From positions 155,868,001 to 155,932,000 of the forward strand of contig NC_086098.1 in the NCBI RefSeq assembly GCF_963921235.1: DNA of 64,000 nucleotides. The letters are read 5' to 3'. Under the pieces are notes generated by a model, which did no database searches, was not told the DNA's origin, and worked only from the letters and a program-made list of their open reading frames with translations. The stretch comes from Mobula hypostoma (lineage: Eukaryota). Numbering within the stretch: the stretch's first letter is position 1; each line of letters starts with the position of its first letter. The position numbers and the translations under genes are program-made. Below, piece by piece: positions 10,477 through 22,375 of the stretch.

Positions 10477-13429
10477 CAGTGGCATGCAAAAGTATGGGCA
10501 CCCCTGGTCAAAATTTCTGTTACTGTGAATAGCTAAGCGAGTAAAAATGACCAGATTTCCAAAAGGCATGAAGTTAAAGATGACACATTTCTTTAATATT
10601 TTAAGCAAGGTTACTTTTTTTTATTTCCATCTTTTACAGTTTCAAAATAAGAAAAAAAAAGGAAAAGAGCCCGAAGCAAAAGTTTGGGCACCCTGCATGG
10701 TCAGTACTTAGTAACACCAATGCTCGGTACTCAGTAAAACCCCCTTTGGCAAGTATCACAGCTTGTAAACACTTTCTGTAACTAGCTAAGAGTCTTTCAA
10801 TTCTTGTTTGAGGGATTTTCGCTCATTCTTCCTTGCAAAAAGCTTCTAGGTCTGTGAGATTCTTGGGCCGTCTTGCAGGCACTGCTCTTTGAGGTCTATC
10901 CATGGACAAAGTCAGCATGGATTTGTGAAAGGAAAATCATGTCTGACGAATCTCATAGAATTTTTTTGAGGATGTAACTAGTAGAGTGGATAGGGGAGAA
11001 CCAGTGGATGAGGTATATTTGGATTTTCAAAAGGCTTTTGACAAGGTCCCACACAGGAGATTAGTGTGCAAACTTAAAGCACACGGAATTGGGGGTAAGG
11101 TATTGATGTGGATAGAGAATTGGTTAGCAGACAGGAAGCAAAGAGTGGGAATAAACGGTACCTTTTCAGAATGGCAGGCAGTGACTAGTGGGGTACCGCA
11201 AGGCTCAGTGCTGGGACCCCAGTTGTTTACAATATATATTAATGACTTGGATGAGGGAATTAAATGCAACATCTCCAAGTTTGCGGATGACACGAAGCTG
11301 GGCGGCAGTGTTAGCTGTGAGGAGGATGCTAAGAGGATGCAGGGTGACTTCGATAGGTTGGGTGAGTGGGCAAATTCATGGCAGATGCAATTTAATGTGG
11401 ATAAATGTGAAGTAATCCACTTTGGTGGCAAAAATAGGAAAACAGATTATTATCTGAATGGTGGCCGATTAGGAAAAGGGGAGGTGCAACGAGACCTGGG
11501 TGTCATTATACACCAGTCACTGAAAGTGGGCATGCAGGTACAGCAGGCGGTGAAAAAGGCGAATGGTATGCTGGCATTTATAGCAAGAGGATTCGAGTAC
11601 AGGAGCAGGGAGGTTCTACTGCAGTTGTGCAAGGCCTTGGTGAGACCACACCTGGAATATTGTGTGCAGTTTTGATCCCCGAATCTGAGGAAAGACATTC
11701 TTGCCATAGAGGGGGTACAAAGAAGGTTCACCAGATTGATTCCTGAGATGGCAGGACTTGCATATGTTGAAAGACTGGATCGACTAGGCTTATACTCTCT
11801 GGAATCTAGAAGACTGAGGGGGGATCTGATTAAAACATATAAAATTCTAAAGGGATTGGACAGGTTAGATGCAGGAAGATTGTTCCCGATGTTGGGGAAG
11901 TCCAGAATGAGGGGTCACAGTTTCAGGATAAAGGTGAACCCTTTTAGGACCGAGATGAGGAAAAACTTCTTCATACAGAGAGTGGTGAATCTGTGGAATT
12001 CTCTGCCACAGGATACAGCTGAGGCCAGTTCATTGGCTATATTTAAGAGGGAGTTAGATAAGGCCCTTGTGGCTAAAGGGATCAGTGGGTATGGAGGGAA
12101 GGCTGGTACAGGGTTCTGAGTTGGATGATCAGCCATGATAGTAATGAATGGCGGTGCGGGCTCGAAGGACCGAAAGGCCTACTCTCGCTCCTATTTTCTA
12201 TTTTTTTTATGTTTCTATTTTCGATTATGTTTAGGTCAGGGGACTGTGAGGACCGTGGCAAAACCTTCAGCTTGTGCCTCTTAAGGTAGTTCATTGTGGC
12301 CTTTGAGGTGTCTTTAGGATCATTATCCTGTTGTAGAAGCCATCCTGTTTTCATCTTCAGCTTTTTTACAGACGGTGTGATGTTTGCTTCCACAATTTGC
12401 TGGTTCTTGATTGAATTCATTCTTCCCTCTACCAGTGAAATATTCCCCGTACCACTGGCGGCAACACAAGCCCAAAGCATGATCGATCACACCCGTGCTT
12501 AACAGTTGGAGAAGTGTTCTTTTCATGAAATTCTGCACCCTTTTATCTCCAAACATGCCTTTGCTCATTGCAGCGAAAAAGTTCTATTTTAACTTCATCA
12601 ATCCACATGTTTCCAAAATGCATCAGGCTTGTTTAGATATTCCTTTGCAAACTTCTGACACTGAAGTTTTTGGTGAGGAAGCAGGAAATATTTTCTTCTG
12701 ATGACTCTTCCATGAGGGTCATATTTGTGCAGGTGTTGCTGCACAGTAGAACAGTGCACCACCAATCCAGAGTCTGTTAAATTTTCCTGAAGGTCTTTTG
12801 CAGTCAAAAGGGGGTTTTGATTTGCCTTTCTAGCAATCCTACGAGCATTTCTCTTGTAAAGTTTTCTTGGTCTTCCAGACCTCAACTTGATCTCCACCGT
12901 TCCTGTTAACTGCCATTTCTTAATTACATTACGAACTGAGGAAACAGCTACCTGAAAACGCTTTACTATCTTCTTATAGCCTTCTCCTGCTGTGTGGACA
13001 TCAATTCTTTTAATTTTCAGAGTGCTAGGCTGCTGCTTAGAGGAGCCCATGGCGGCTGTTTGTTGGGACAAGGTTTGAGGAGTCAGGGTATTTATAAAGC
13101 TTTGAAATTTGCGTAACCTGTCTTTCCTAATGATGATTGTGAACAGGCCATAGCCCTAACAAGCTAATTAATATCTGAGACCTTGGTAAAAGTTATCTGA
13201 GAGCTCAAATCTCTTGTGGTGCCCAAACTTTTGCATGGTGCTCCTTTCCTTTTTTTCACTCTAAAATTGTACAAAACAAAAATAATACACTAATCTTGTT
13301 TAAAATATTGAAAAGAATATTTCAATTTTAACTTTATGACTTTTGGAGATCAGTTCATCTTCTACTCACTTAACTATTCACAGTAACAGAAATTTTGACC
13401 AGGGATGCCCAAACTTTTGCATATCCTTG
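10477..13429 (-). mobile_element. Tc1-like DNA transposon with long IR/DR-type TIRs, TA target duplication, disrupted transposase
   Basis: TIRs of about 220 bp beginning cagtggcatgcaaaagtatgggcacccctggtcaaaatttctgttactgtgaatag. TA at 10475-76 and 13430-31. Transposase MGSSKQ..GEGYKKI..GRPRK (12598-13071), LLQQDNDPK..SQSPDLNIIEN (12082-12480) and C-terminus ..LAKGGFTEY near 10730-10810. Confidence 0.95.
10903..12217 (+). mobile_element. Young 5'-truncated CR1 inserted inside the Tc1 transposase
   Basis: ORF 10986-11675 RT (YLDFQKAFDKV..FADDTKL). ttcta tail. Tc1 sequence resumes at ttttcgattatgtttaggtc. Confidence 0.95.
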
Positions 13430-15548
13430 TATATGGATTTCAGCAAAGCATTTGATAAGGAACCCATACAAGGCTTATTGAGAAGGTAAGGAGGCATGGG
13501 ATCTAAGAGGACCTAGCTTTGTGGATCAAGAACTGGCTTGCCCACAGAAGGCAAAGAGTGGTTGTAGACGGGTCATATTCTGCATGGAGGTCGGTGACCA
13601 GTGGTGTGCCTCAGGGATCTGTTCTGGGATCGCTACTCCTCGTGAGTTTTATAAATGACCTGGATGGGTGGAGGGATGGGTTAGTCAATTTGCTGATAAC
13701 ACAAATGTTGGAGTTGTTTTGGATAGTGTGGACGGCTGTCGGAGGTTACAACGGGGCATTGATAGGATGCAAACCTGGGCTGAGAAGTGGCAGATGGAGT
13801 TCAACCCAGATAACTGTGAGGAGGTTCATTCTGATAGGTCAAATATGATGACAGAATATAGCATTAATGGTAGGACTCTTGGCAGTGTGGAGGATCAGAG
13901 GTATCTTGGGGTCCGAATCCATAGGACACTCAAAGCTGCTGCGCAGGTTGACTCTGTGGTTAAGAAGGCATATGGTGCCTTGGCCTTCATCCATCGTGGC
14001 GTTGAGTTTAAGAGCCGAGAGGCAATGTTGCAGCTATTTAAGACCCTGATCGGACCCCACTTGGGGTACTGTGCTCAGTTCTGGTCACTTCACTACAGGA
14101 AACATGTGGAAACCATAGAAAGGGTGCAAAAGCGATTTACAAGGATGTTGCCTGGATTGGGGAGCGTGCCTTATGAGGATAGGTTGAGGGAACTAGGTCT
14201 TTTTTCCTTGGAGCGACGGAGGATGAGAGGTGACCTGATAGATTTGTATACGATGATGAGAGGCATTGATCGTGTGGATAGTCAGAGGCTTTTTCCCAGG
14301 GCTGAAATGGCTAGCACGAGGGGGCACAGCTTTAAGGTCCTTGGAAGCAGGTACAGAGGAGACGTCAGGGAAAAGTTTTTTACGCAGAGAGTGGTAAGTG
14401 CGTGGAATGGGCTGTAGGCGACGGTGGTGGAGGTGGATACGGTAGGATCCTTTAAGAGACTCCTGGACAGGTACATGGAGCTTAGAAAAATAGAGGGCTA
14501 TGCGTAACCCTAGATAATTTCTAAGGTAAGGATATGTTCGGCAGAGCTTTCTGGGCCGAAGGGCCTGTATTGTGCTGTAGGTTTTCTATGTTTCTGTGTT
14601 TCTAATAATAGGTGGTGAGGCATTTCGCAGCGCGTGTCTTTTTTATTGCAACAAAAATGAACAAACTGCTGGCGGAAACTTGTGGCTCCGGCAACATCTG
14701 TTAAGGGAAAAACATTCCAGATGGAATGTCTCGACCCGGAACATCGACTCCAGAGTTTTTTTTTTGTTTTTGTTTTGGTTTTGGTTTGTTTCTTAATTGC
14801 AAAGTCTTAAGCAGGTAATAGAACAAATGTTCTCCCAAACTACGCACGATGACAAGCCCACTAACAAAATGATCTTGTATGACTAGAATTCGATCATGGG
14901 TGTGATATGTAGGTAGAATGGCTCCTATATCTGCCCTCCTTATGAACTTTCGTTCTTAAAAGAACGAATAAAAATTATTTAATGCAATATTCAATTATTT
15001 AAGCCTTTTCCAAGGCTTTGTTTGTTTTCTTTGCCATTTCAGTCTTCTAATATTTCTTAAAATAAACTCTGTCGTGACATCATTGTCATTGTTAATGAAA
15101 AATAAAAATGAAATTCTACCTGAAACTCTTTACAGAATGATCACTTCTAGGACAGAGCTTCGTGTGGTCAGAATAATTATGCACAGCAGATGTCGACTGA
15201 AAGCACGAAACATTTCGCTACAAATCTCTTCCAACGCAAGATACGCGAGAGACTGAACCAAGAAAATGCGACACCGCGTTATTCACATATTGTTGTCAGG
15301 GCACGAACTGGGAATGATAGCATTAATTCTAATGTTATATTTGATATCTTAGAAACCACATTCCGAAATCACTGAGGAACCAGTACTGTGCGGTTAACGT
15401 TTTTCTCCAATGTCACAGTATCGAGGTCAAATTTTGTAAATGAAACATAAACAACACTACCGAAGGATTGGAGAAGATTTTAAGCAAAAAGCACGATTTC
15501 TTAGCAATAAATAGTATGGAATTGCAGTACACTTGAAACATCTTGACT

Positions 15549-16436
15549 CTTCCGGTCAAGATGGCGCCAGCGAACAAAGATTCCTCCGGCGACATCCTTC
15601 TGATAGCCAATGACTTTAATTATTTCACGTCCTCTACGTCTTCTGCTTATTCATTTGTCTTGATTCTGTTACGGAAACTGTCGGAGCCCATGACACGCAG
15701 TTTGGAATTCGATCGAATGATCTTGCGCTCTGCTGTGTCCGGAGAGCTGCCTCGTGGGCAGGACCAGAGACGGAGTCGCGAAAAGGATCGAGAACACGAG
15801 CTGATTCGTGGAAAAGGCCAGAGATGAGGCGCGGGGGCATGAACGACTCCATTTCGAAGCGTCGACGAAGATTGAATCATCGAGGCGAAGGCGAAGGGCG
15901 TCAGCGATCCCACTCAACTGATACTGCCGTAGCGGTCGCTCTTCACGGAAGGACTGAGTTCATGCGGCCGCCCTCCTCGAATGCTGAGGGAAGATGTTTT
16001 CTATATTCTGAGATTTATGTGCTTGTTGAACTCTACTTTATATTGGTCTGCTTCAAATTTTCGGTGTTTTCTTTCTTGTGGCAAATTGGCGGGTGGGTGA
16101 TATGTTAGTTTTTGTGAGGGGTGTAGCTGGGAATTTGGAGTCCGATTTTCTTGTTGGCGTTCTTCTGTGTGAACGATCTGTTAGTTTGTGTGGGAAAGAG
16201 AGGGGGTCGGGGGTTTGGTGCTATTGTCGCTGAATTTTCTCTGTGAGGGAGGGAAGCTCGGGGTTTTCCAGTTTTGTTTCTATTTCTTTTTCGTGCCGGG
16301 GGAGGGGTGTGGTGGGAGCGGGGAGGAGTGGTGTCCTTTCTTTCAACAATTCCAAATGGTTTCTCTGTATTTTATGGTTATCTGAAGACGAATATCAGAG
16401 TTGTATTGTACATGGCAATAAAATGAACCGTTGAAC
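15549..16436 (+). mobile_element. Unclassified non-autonomous non-LTR retroposon
   Basis: GC-rich 5' end cttccggtcaagatggcgcc, GT-rich body, 3' end gaatatcagagttgtattgtacatggcaataaaatgaaccgttgaa. The 3' end resembles tails seen on - at about 22690-22790 and 50240-50330. Confidence 0.55.
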
Positions 16437-16789
16437 ACTCAGTAGGCAGGAGCCTCCGTCTGCAGCACTGAGATGTCTAACTTTGTAACTTTATTGCTGT
16501 CCAAAAGTTCCTCGAACATGTCTTCAATGTGTTCGTTAATAAGGATTACAGTGAATAGTACCCTCCTTGCTTATATTGTGACCCGATTCACTCTTCCTGT
16601 TGTTTTCCTTAAAATAATATCTATCTTTGGTCGTCTGCTGTGGCATATCTGGTATTCCACAATTTTAGAAGGTTAATGTCATCGTTCTCAATTTTTTCTC
16701 ACTTTTATTTAAATTCATAATTCCTCCTGGAATCTAATCCCGTCCGAAATTTATTTTAAAAAGAACTGCAGGTGTTTGGGATGGCACAA

Positions 16790-16965
16790 TAAGGAGTCTG
16801 CATTTTTCACGCGTAATTGCTCAGGTTCCCTCCGGGTGCACCGATTTCCTCCCACAGTCCAACAATATACGGATTAGTAGGTTAATTGGTCACATTGACA
16901 TAATTGGGCGGCATGGACTTCCTGGGCGGCAAGTGCCTGTTGGGGTGCTGTTTCGCTAAATTTAC
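16790..16965 (+). mobile_element. V-SINE/HE1-like SINE fragment
   Basis: Central motif ttccctccgggtgcaccgatttcctcccacagtccaa..ggttaattgg. Further copies at about 35950-36240 (-), 48762-48985 (+), 53410-54172 (+, split), 54480-54628 (-) and 56835-57125 (-). Confidence 0.7.
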
Positions 16966-17397
16966 AAAAACACAAAACCAAAAATAAAAACAGAAAATGC
17001 TGGGAAATCTCAGCAAATCAGGTCGCAACTGTGGGTATTCAAACAGAGGTAAGGTTTCTGTTCTGATGTCGCATCTCTGTTTCCCGTCCCACAGGTGCTG
17101 TCTGACCTGCTGAACACTTCCATCAATTTCAGTTTACATTGTCACTTATCCTGCCTCTGTAAGTTCGGTCGTTATCTGCTCAGGTCTCTTCAGAGAGGTG
17201 ACATGAAATTATCAAATATTTGAACTCGGCCTGCAGAAATGAAAGTGCTAATTACTTGATGCAAAAGATTGAGCAGAGCAAAGGAAAATCTGGGAAAGTG
17301 TAAAGAATTTGCTTGAGGTAGAGATTATTCCCGGAATATTCACTTGCAATTTGGAAGAGATTGTACTTTAATATTTTATACCGTATTGACGCCAAAC

Positions 17398-20300
17398 AAT
17401 TGATACTAGAACGTACAATCATCACAGCGATATTTGATTCTAAGCTTCCCGCTCCCTGGATTAAAATATTAAATATTAAAAATAGTAAAAATTAGTAAAT
17501 ATTAAAAATTTAAATTATAAATCATAAATAGAAAATAGAAAAATGGAAAGTAAGGTAGTGCAAAAAACCGAGAGGCAGGTCCGGATATTTGGAGGGTACG
17601 GCCCAGATCCGGGTCAGGATCCGTTCAGCAGTCTTATCACAGTTGGAAAGCTGTTCCCAAATCTGGCCGTACCAGTCTTCAAGCTCCTGAGCCTTCTCCC
17701 AGAGGGAAGAGGGAAGAAAAGTGTGTTGGCTGGGTGGGTCGTGTCCTTCATTATCCTGGCAGCACCGCTCCGACAGCATGCGGTGTAAAGTGAGTCCAAT
17801 GACGGAAGATTGGTTTGTGTGATGTGCTGCACTGTGTTCACGATCTTCTGCAGCTTCTTTCGGTCTTGGACAGGACAACTTCTATACCAGGTTGTGATGC
17901 ACCCTAGGAGAATGCTTTCTACGGTGCATCTATAAAAATTAGTGAGGGTTTTAGCGGACAGGCCAAATTTCTTTAGCTTTCTCAGGAAGTGAAGGCGCTG
18001 GTGGGCCTTCTTGCCAGTGAACTCTGCTTGGTTGGACCAAGTCAGGTCATTTGTGATATTGACCCCGAGGAACTTAAAGCTTTTGACCTGTCCCACTTGC
18101 GCACCACTGATGTAAATTGGGTCGTGCGGTCCGCTACTCCTTCTGAAGTCAACAACCAATTCCTTCGTCTTGCTGACGTTGAGGGATAGGTTATTGTCTT
18201 CGCACCATGCCACCAGGTTCTTAATTTCCTCTCTGTACTCAAACTCATCATTACCCAAGATACGGCCTACAATTGTTGTGTCATCGGCAAACTTACAGAT
18301 TGAGTTCGATGGAAACTTGGCTACACAATCATGGGTGTACAGTGAGTACAGCAGGGGTCTGAGCACACAGCCTTGTTGGGCACCGGTGCTCAGAGTGATT
18401 GTAGAGGAGAGCTTGTCCCCTATTTTTACAGCCTGGGTCCTGTCTGTGAGAAAGTTGAAGATCCAGCTGCAGATATGAGTGCTAAGGCCCAGGTTCCAGA
18501 GCTTAGGAATCAGTTTATTTGGAATGATGGTATTAAAGGCAGAGCTATAGTCAAGGTTGACCGGTAGGCTGTGGTTGATGTGTGCCATAACCAATCTCTC
18601 GAAGCACTTCATAGCAATTGATGTCAGAGCCACAGGTCGAGAGTCATTCAGCATGCCACCTTGCTCTTCGTCGCCACTGGGATTATCGTTGCCTTCTTAA
18701 AACACGAGGGGATCTTAGTCTGAAGCAAGGAGCAGTTGAAGATGTCCCCCCAGCTAGCTCGCTTGCACAGGCGCGGAGAACCCGTCCCGAGACGCCATCT
18801 GGACCCGTCGCCTTCCTTGGATTTATCTTCAGGAGGCCCTTCTAACGTCCTCCTCGGTGACGATGAATCTCGATGCCACCAGGTCCGGTTCATCCGGAGG
18901 GAGCGGGACGCTCCTCTTCTGTTCGAATCTTGCGTAGAATACGGTAAGTTCGTCAGGAAGAGATGCGCCACAGTTATTGATATTTCCAGCCTTTTCTTTG
19001 CGCCCAGTGATCTCATTTAGACGCTGCCATAGTCTACTGGCATCCCTCTGTTTAGCCTGTGCTTCCAACTTGACTCGATATTGCCTCTTGGCGCCCTTAA
19101 TGGCTTTCCGGAGTTCACGCCGTAGCGGTTCCGTGTAGCGACTGGTATCCCCGGACCTAAAAGCCGCAGCTCTAGCCTTTAAAAGGGACTTGACCTCATA
19201 ATTCATCCATGGTTTCCGGTTAGGGAATATCCGGATCGTCTTGCGAGACACACAGTCCTCCGTGCATTTCCAAATAAAGTCCATGACAGCTGAGGCATAC
19301 TCGTCGAGGTTAGCTGCCGAGTCCTTGAATATTAACCAGTCCACTGATTCAATGCAGTCACGGAGGACCTCATCTGTTTCCTCCGTCCAACGCGACACTA
19401 CTTTTGACACCGTGACCTCCCGCTTTTCTGTTTGTAAGCCGGGAGGACGAGTATGGCCTGATGGTCCAATTTTCCGAAGTGAGGTCATGGGACGGAACGG
19501 TAGGCATTCTTGACTGCTGTGTAGCAGTGGTCAAGTATATTCGGGCCTCTAGTGGGGCTGGAGACATGTTGGTATAACTTTGGCAGCGCCTTTCTGAGGT
19601 TGGCCTGGTTAAAGTCCTCGGCTCTAATGAGCAAAGCCACCGGATACCTGGTCTCAAGTTCACTGATGTTGGTATACAGTATGTTCAGAGCACACTCCAC
19701 GTCCGCCGGGGGGGAATGTAGACCGCTGTCAGTATGACCGAGGTGAATTCCCGTGGCAGATAGTAGGGACGACACTTCACCGACAGGTGTTCCAGGTCCG
19801 GGCTGCAGAAGCTTGTCAGTGCCACTGTGTCCGAGCACAACGCAGTGTTGATCAGTAGGCAGACACCATCTCCCCTCGTCTTGCCCGAAGACGCTGTGCA
19901 GTCCATCTGATGGCTCGAAAATCCCTCCGGTCGGATGGCACAGTCGGGGGTGGCAGCGGAGAGCCAGGTCTCGGTGAAACAGAATACGCAGCAGTTCTGC
20001 ATCTCCCTGGAGTGGATGAGTCTCCCTTTAAGATCATCCACCTTGTTCTCTATGGCTTGCACATTAGCTAGTAGGATGGTGGGCATAGGGACCCTGAAGC
20101 CCCTCAGCTTCAATCTGACCAGCAGCCCAGCTCTTTCCCCACCCTTCCTCGGTAAATAATTGCATCTTTTCAGGTCTCCATCGATGCAGTGTGTTGTTGT
20201 CAGCTCTTTGAGTTTGGTGGACGCGTCCCGCGGGGATCGATCGGCGGGTCGCGTCGTCGGGCGCTCCGGATCGGGCCGAGTGACGGGGGAGGCTCCACTG

Positions 20301-20885
20301 CCACTTCCAGCTGCCGGGGGCCCGGGCTGTCGATTGGGTCGGGCCCCGAAGCCGACACTTAATCCCGGAGGGCCGGGCTCCTGGCTGAAACAAGTCCGTA
20401 AACCGAGTCGCGGTTGCGGTGGCCTCCGCTCCAGCCGAGCCTCGGGCTCGATTTCCGAGGTCGGTGGCGGAGGCCTCACTTCCGGCAGCTGTGGATGGCC
20501 ACCAACGGGGCTTTACGGTGGTCGCTCCGGGGAAGTGTCTGGGGCACCTTGTGGTCTCCGCCGTCACTTCTGTGTGGTGGTCTGCTCCGGAGAGGTGCTG
20601 GCCAGAATGGGCCGTGTCTCCATGCGCTCCGGCACGGTAACAGACCGCGGGTCTCCGGGAATGTGGTGGGCCTCGCTGGTCAGGTCCAGGTGCGGTCCGG
20701 AGTTTACGAAGCAGTTCTGGCGCGGTGGCCTCCCCCTGGGTCAGTAGCTTCGCCAGGGTGTTGTTGATCTTGCTGGATGTAGCAGATTGGAGATTTAGAA
20801 GGATTTCTCGGATATAGGATAGCGGAGAGGGCAGTTTGCTCGGGAAAGCACGCGCAAAGTCGCCAGTTACCGGCGCCATTTTAGA
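17398..20885 (-). mobile_element. Near full-length Rex1/Babar LINE with frameshifts and an internal RT deletion
   Basis: APE domain MPTILLANVQAIENK..CFTETWL..CRPYYLPREFTS (19485-20479). [37 protein letters not shown] (17614-18654). GC-rich 5' region starting aaaatggcgccgg. Confidence 0.92.
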
Positions 20886-21384
20886 TCATCTTGTTGCTGA
20901 GAATTACTTAAATTAACCATATTCCTTAATAAATGTTTACTTTTAAAGAGTAAGAGGACGTATTTATTCCCCTGTCTTCTCCCTTCTGTACCTGAGCCAT
21001 GATCCTTCTATTCAACCACCCTACCCCACTACCGGCTGTTCTTATGACCACTGCTTGGCCCTACTTCAAAAATATCAAACACCACGTCTTTGGTGTTTTG
21101 TTCTTGCCAAGCACCACCCATCTTCACCCTCCCTGTCCATTGCAAACTTTTGAGAATGCCTTCACCTTTCAAATTTGTGAGTACTGTTTTCTCAATTCCA
21201 TCTACAAATCCCTGTGATTAGCTTTTCGCCCATTATGACAAAATCATAGTAAAAAGTTACACCCCTCCGCCCCTCAGCATTGCTGAACATGCCATTCTCT
21301 GTCACTACCCACTAGACAATGCCTTTGCGACCATAGCTATTAGTTCTATCAAAGAGCAAACATCCTGTTCACTGGTTGAATGAA

Positions 21385-21895
21385 CTATGCCTTTTCTCCT
21401 TGGAGCGACGGAGGACGAGAGGTGACCTGATAGAGGTGTAATAAGATGATGGGAGGCATTGATTGTGTGGATAGTCGGAGGCCTTTTCCTAGGGCTGAAA
21501 TGGCTAGCACGAGAGGGCACAGTTTTAAGGTTCTTGGAAGCAGGTACAGAGGAGATGTCAGGGGTAAGTTTTTTACGCAGAGAGTAGTGAGTGCGTGGAA
21601 TGGGCTACCGGCAATGGTTGTGGAGGCGGAAACGATAGGTCTTTTAAGAGACTCCTGGATGGCTACATGCAGCTTCGAAAAGTAAAGGGCTATGGGTAAA
21701 GCTTATAGTTCTAAGGTAAGGACATGTTTGGCACAGTTTTGTGGGCTGAAGGGCCTGTATTGTGCTGTAGCTTTTCTATATTTCGATGTTTCTATGTTTC
21801 TATAATTTCTAAAGTAAGGACATGTTCGGCACAGCTTTGCGTACCGAAGGGCCTGTATTGTGTTGTAGGTTTCCCCTGTTCTATGTTTAACAGAT
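21385..21895 (+). mobile_element. CR1 3' fragment with duplicated 3' UTR end
   Basis: RRPFPRAEMASTRGHSFKV..FFTQRVVSAWN. The ctaaggtaaggacatgt..gaagggcctgtattgtg block is present twice (about 21710-21790 and 21810-21890). Confidence 0.88.
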
Positions 21896-22149
21896 TCACC
21901 GGCCAGCCTGCGTAGTTACGTCTAGACTACTGCAAAATTTGTATTAAATTCCCCCGCATATCAGAGTTTTCATGCTGCCACTTGGCAACGTCAGTTAAAG
22001 ACACAGGTTCAGGTTACGTATGTATAGATAACATCCAGCTCTTCTTCTCCAGTGTCTCATCCAACTCCCTTGCAACGCCATCGCTTCCTTTACCCCTCTC
22101 GTGAACATATCATCCATCAGTTGATCGTTGGAGGAGGAAGGTTATTGAC

Positions 22150-22375
22150 TTCAAATCACAAGATGCAGTCTGTACAGTGATGACGGATGTTAGCTGTCCG
22201 TGGTATCAGAGTGAGCCGGGCTGACCGATCTATTTCATTTGGAGTTGCTTCCCATGAAAAAGATGCTTGTTTCCATTTCCGCTACATTATCCACCTCCAC
22301 CATTGCCTCTCTCCAGGTGCAGCTGCGGCAACCTTTCATGCCATTGCAATCAGAAAACGCGGCTATTTCAATGCT
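22150..22375 (+). pseudogene. Candidate decayed V relic
   Basis: TTCAAATCAC identical to FR1 of the 2.5-kb V. TGG TAT CAG (WYQ) at 22201. LQSENAA at 22344-22364, with W-to-D spacing 155 nt vs 153 nt in the 2.5-kb V. Confidence 0.42.

Larger units (their letters stand above)
9915..14595 (+). mobile_element. CR1 LINE (RT to 3' tail) split by a Tc1 insertion
   Basis: Left part 9915-10476 ends ..AVDVVY. Right part from 13432 resumes (Y)MDFSKAFDK and continues to the ttctatgt tail at about 14595. Confidence 0.92.

Noticed and set aside
11027-11431. Recurrent antisense ORFs such as MPPKWITSHLSTLNC..
   Set aside because: Shadow frames of CR1 RT, repeated in every copy.
15130-15375. Scattered V-like words (NNYA, ENAT, VIFD)
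   Set aside because: Spacing is inconsistent and no Cys/Trp pair is present.
17133-17300. VTYPASVS..IC..*NYQ..GLQ..SANY..GCAAAGGAA
   Set aside because: Motifs are in order, but in about half the length of a V-J exon. Kept only as a target for the HMM test.
20064-20879. Several overlapping long GC-rich ORFs
   Set aside because: Explained by stop-poor GC-rich 5' sequence of the Rex1 element and not called as host genes.
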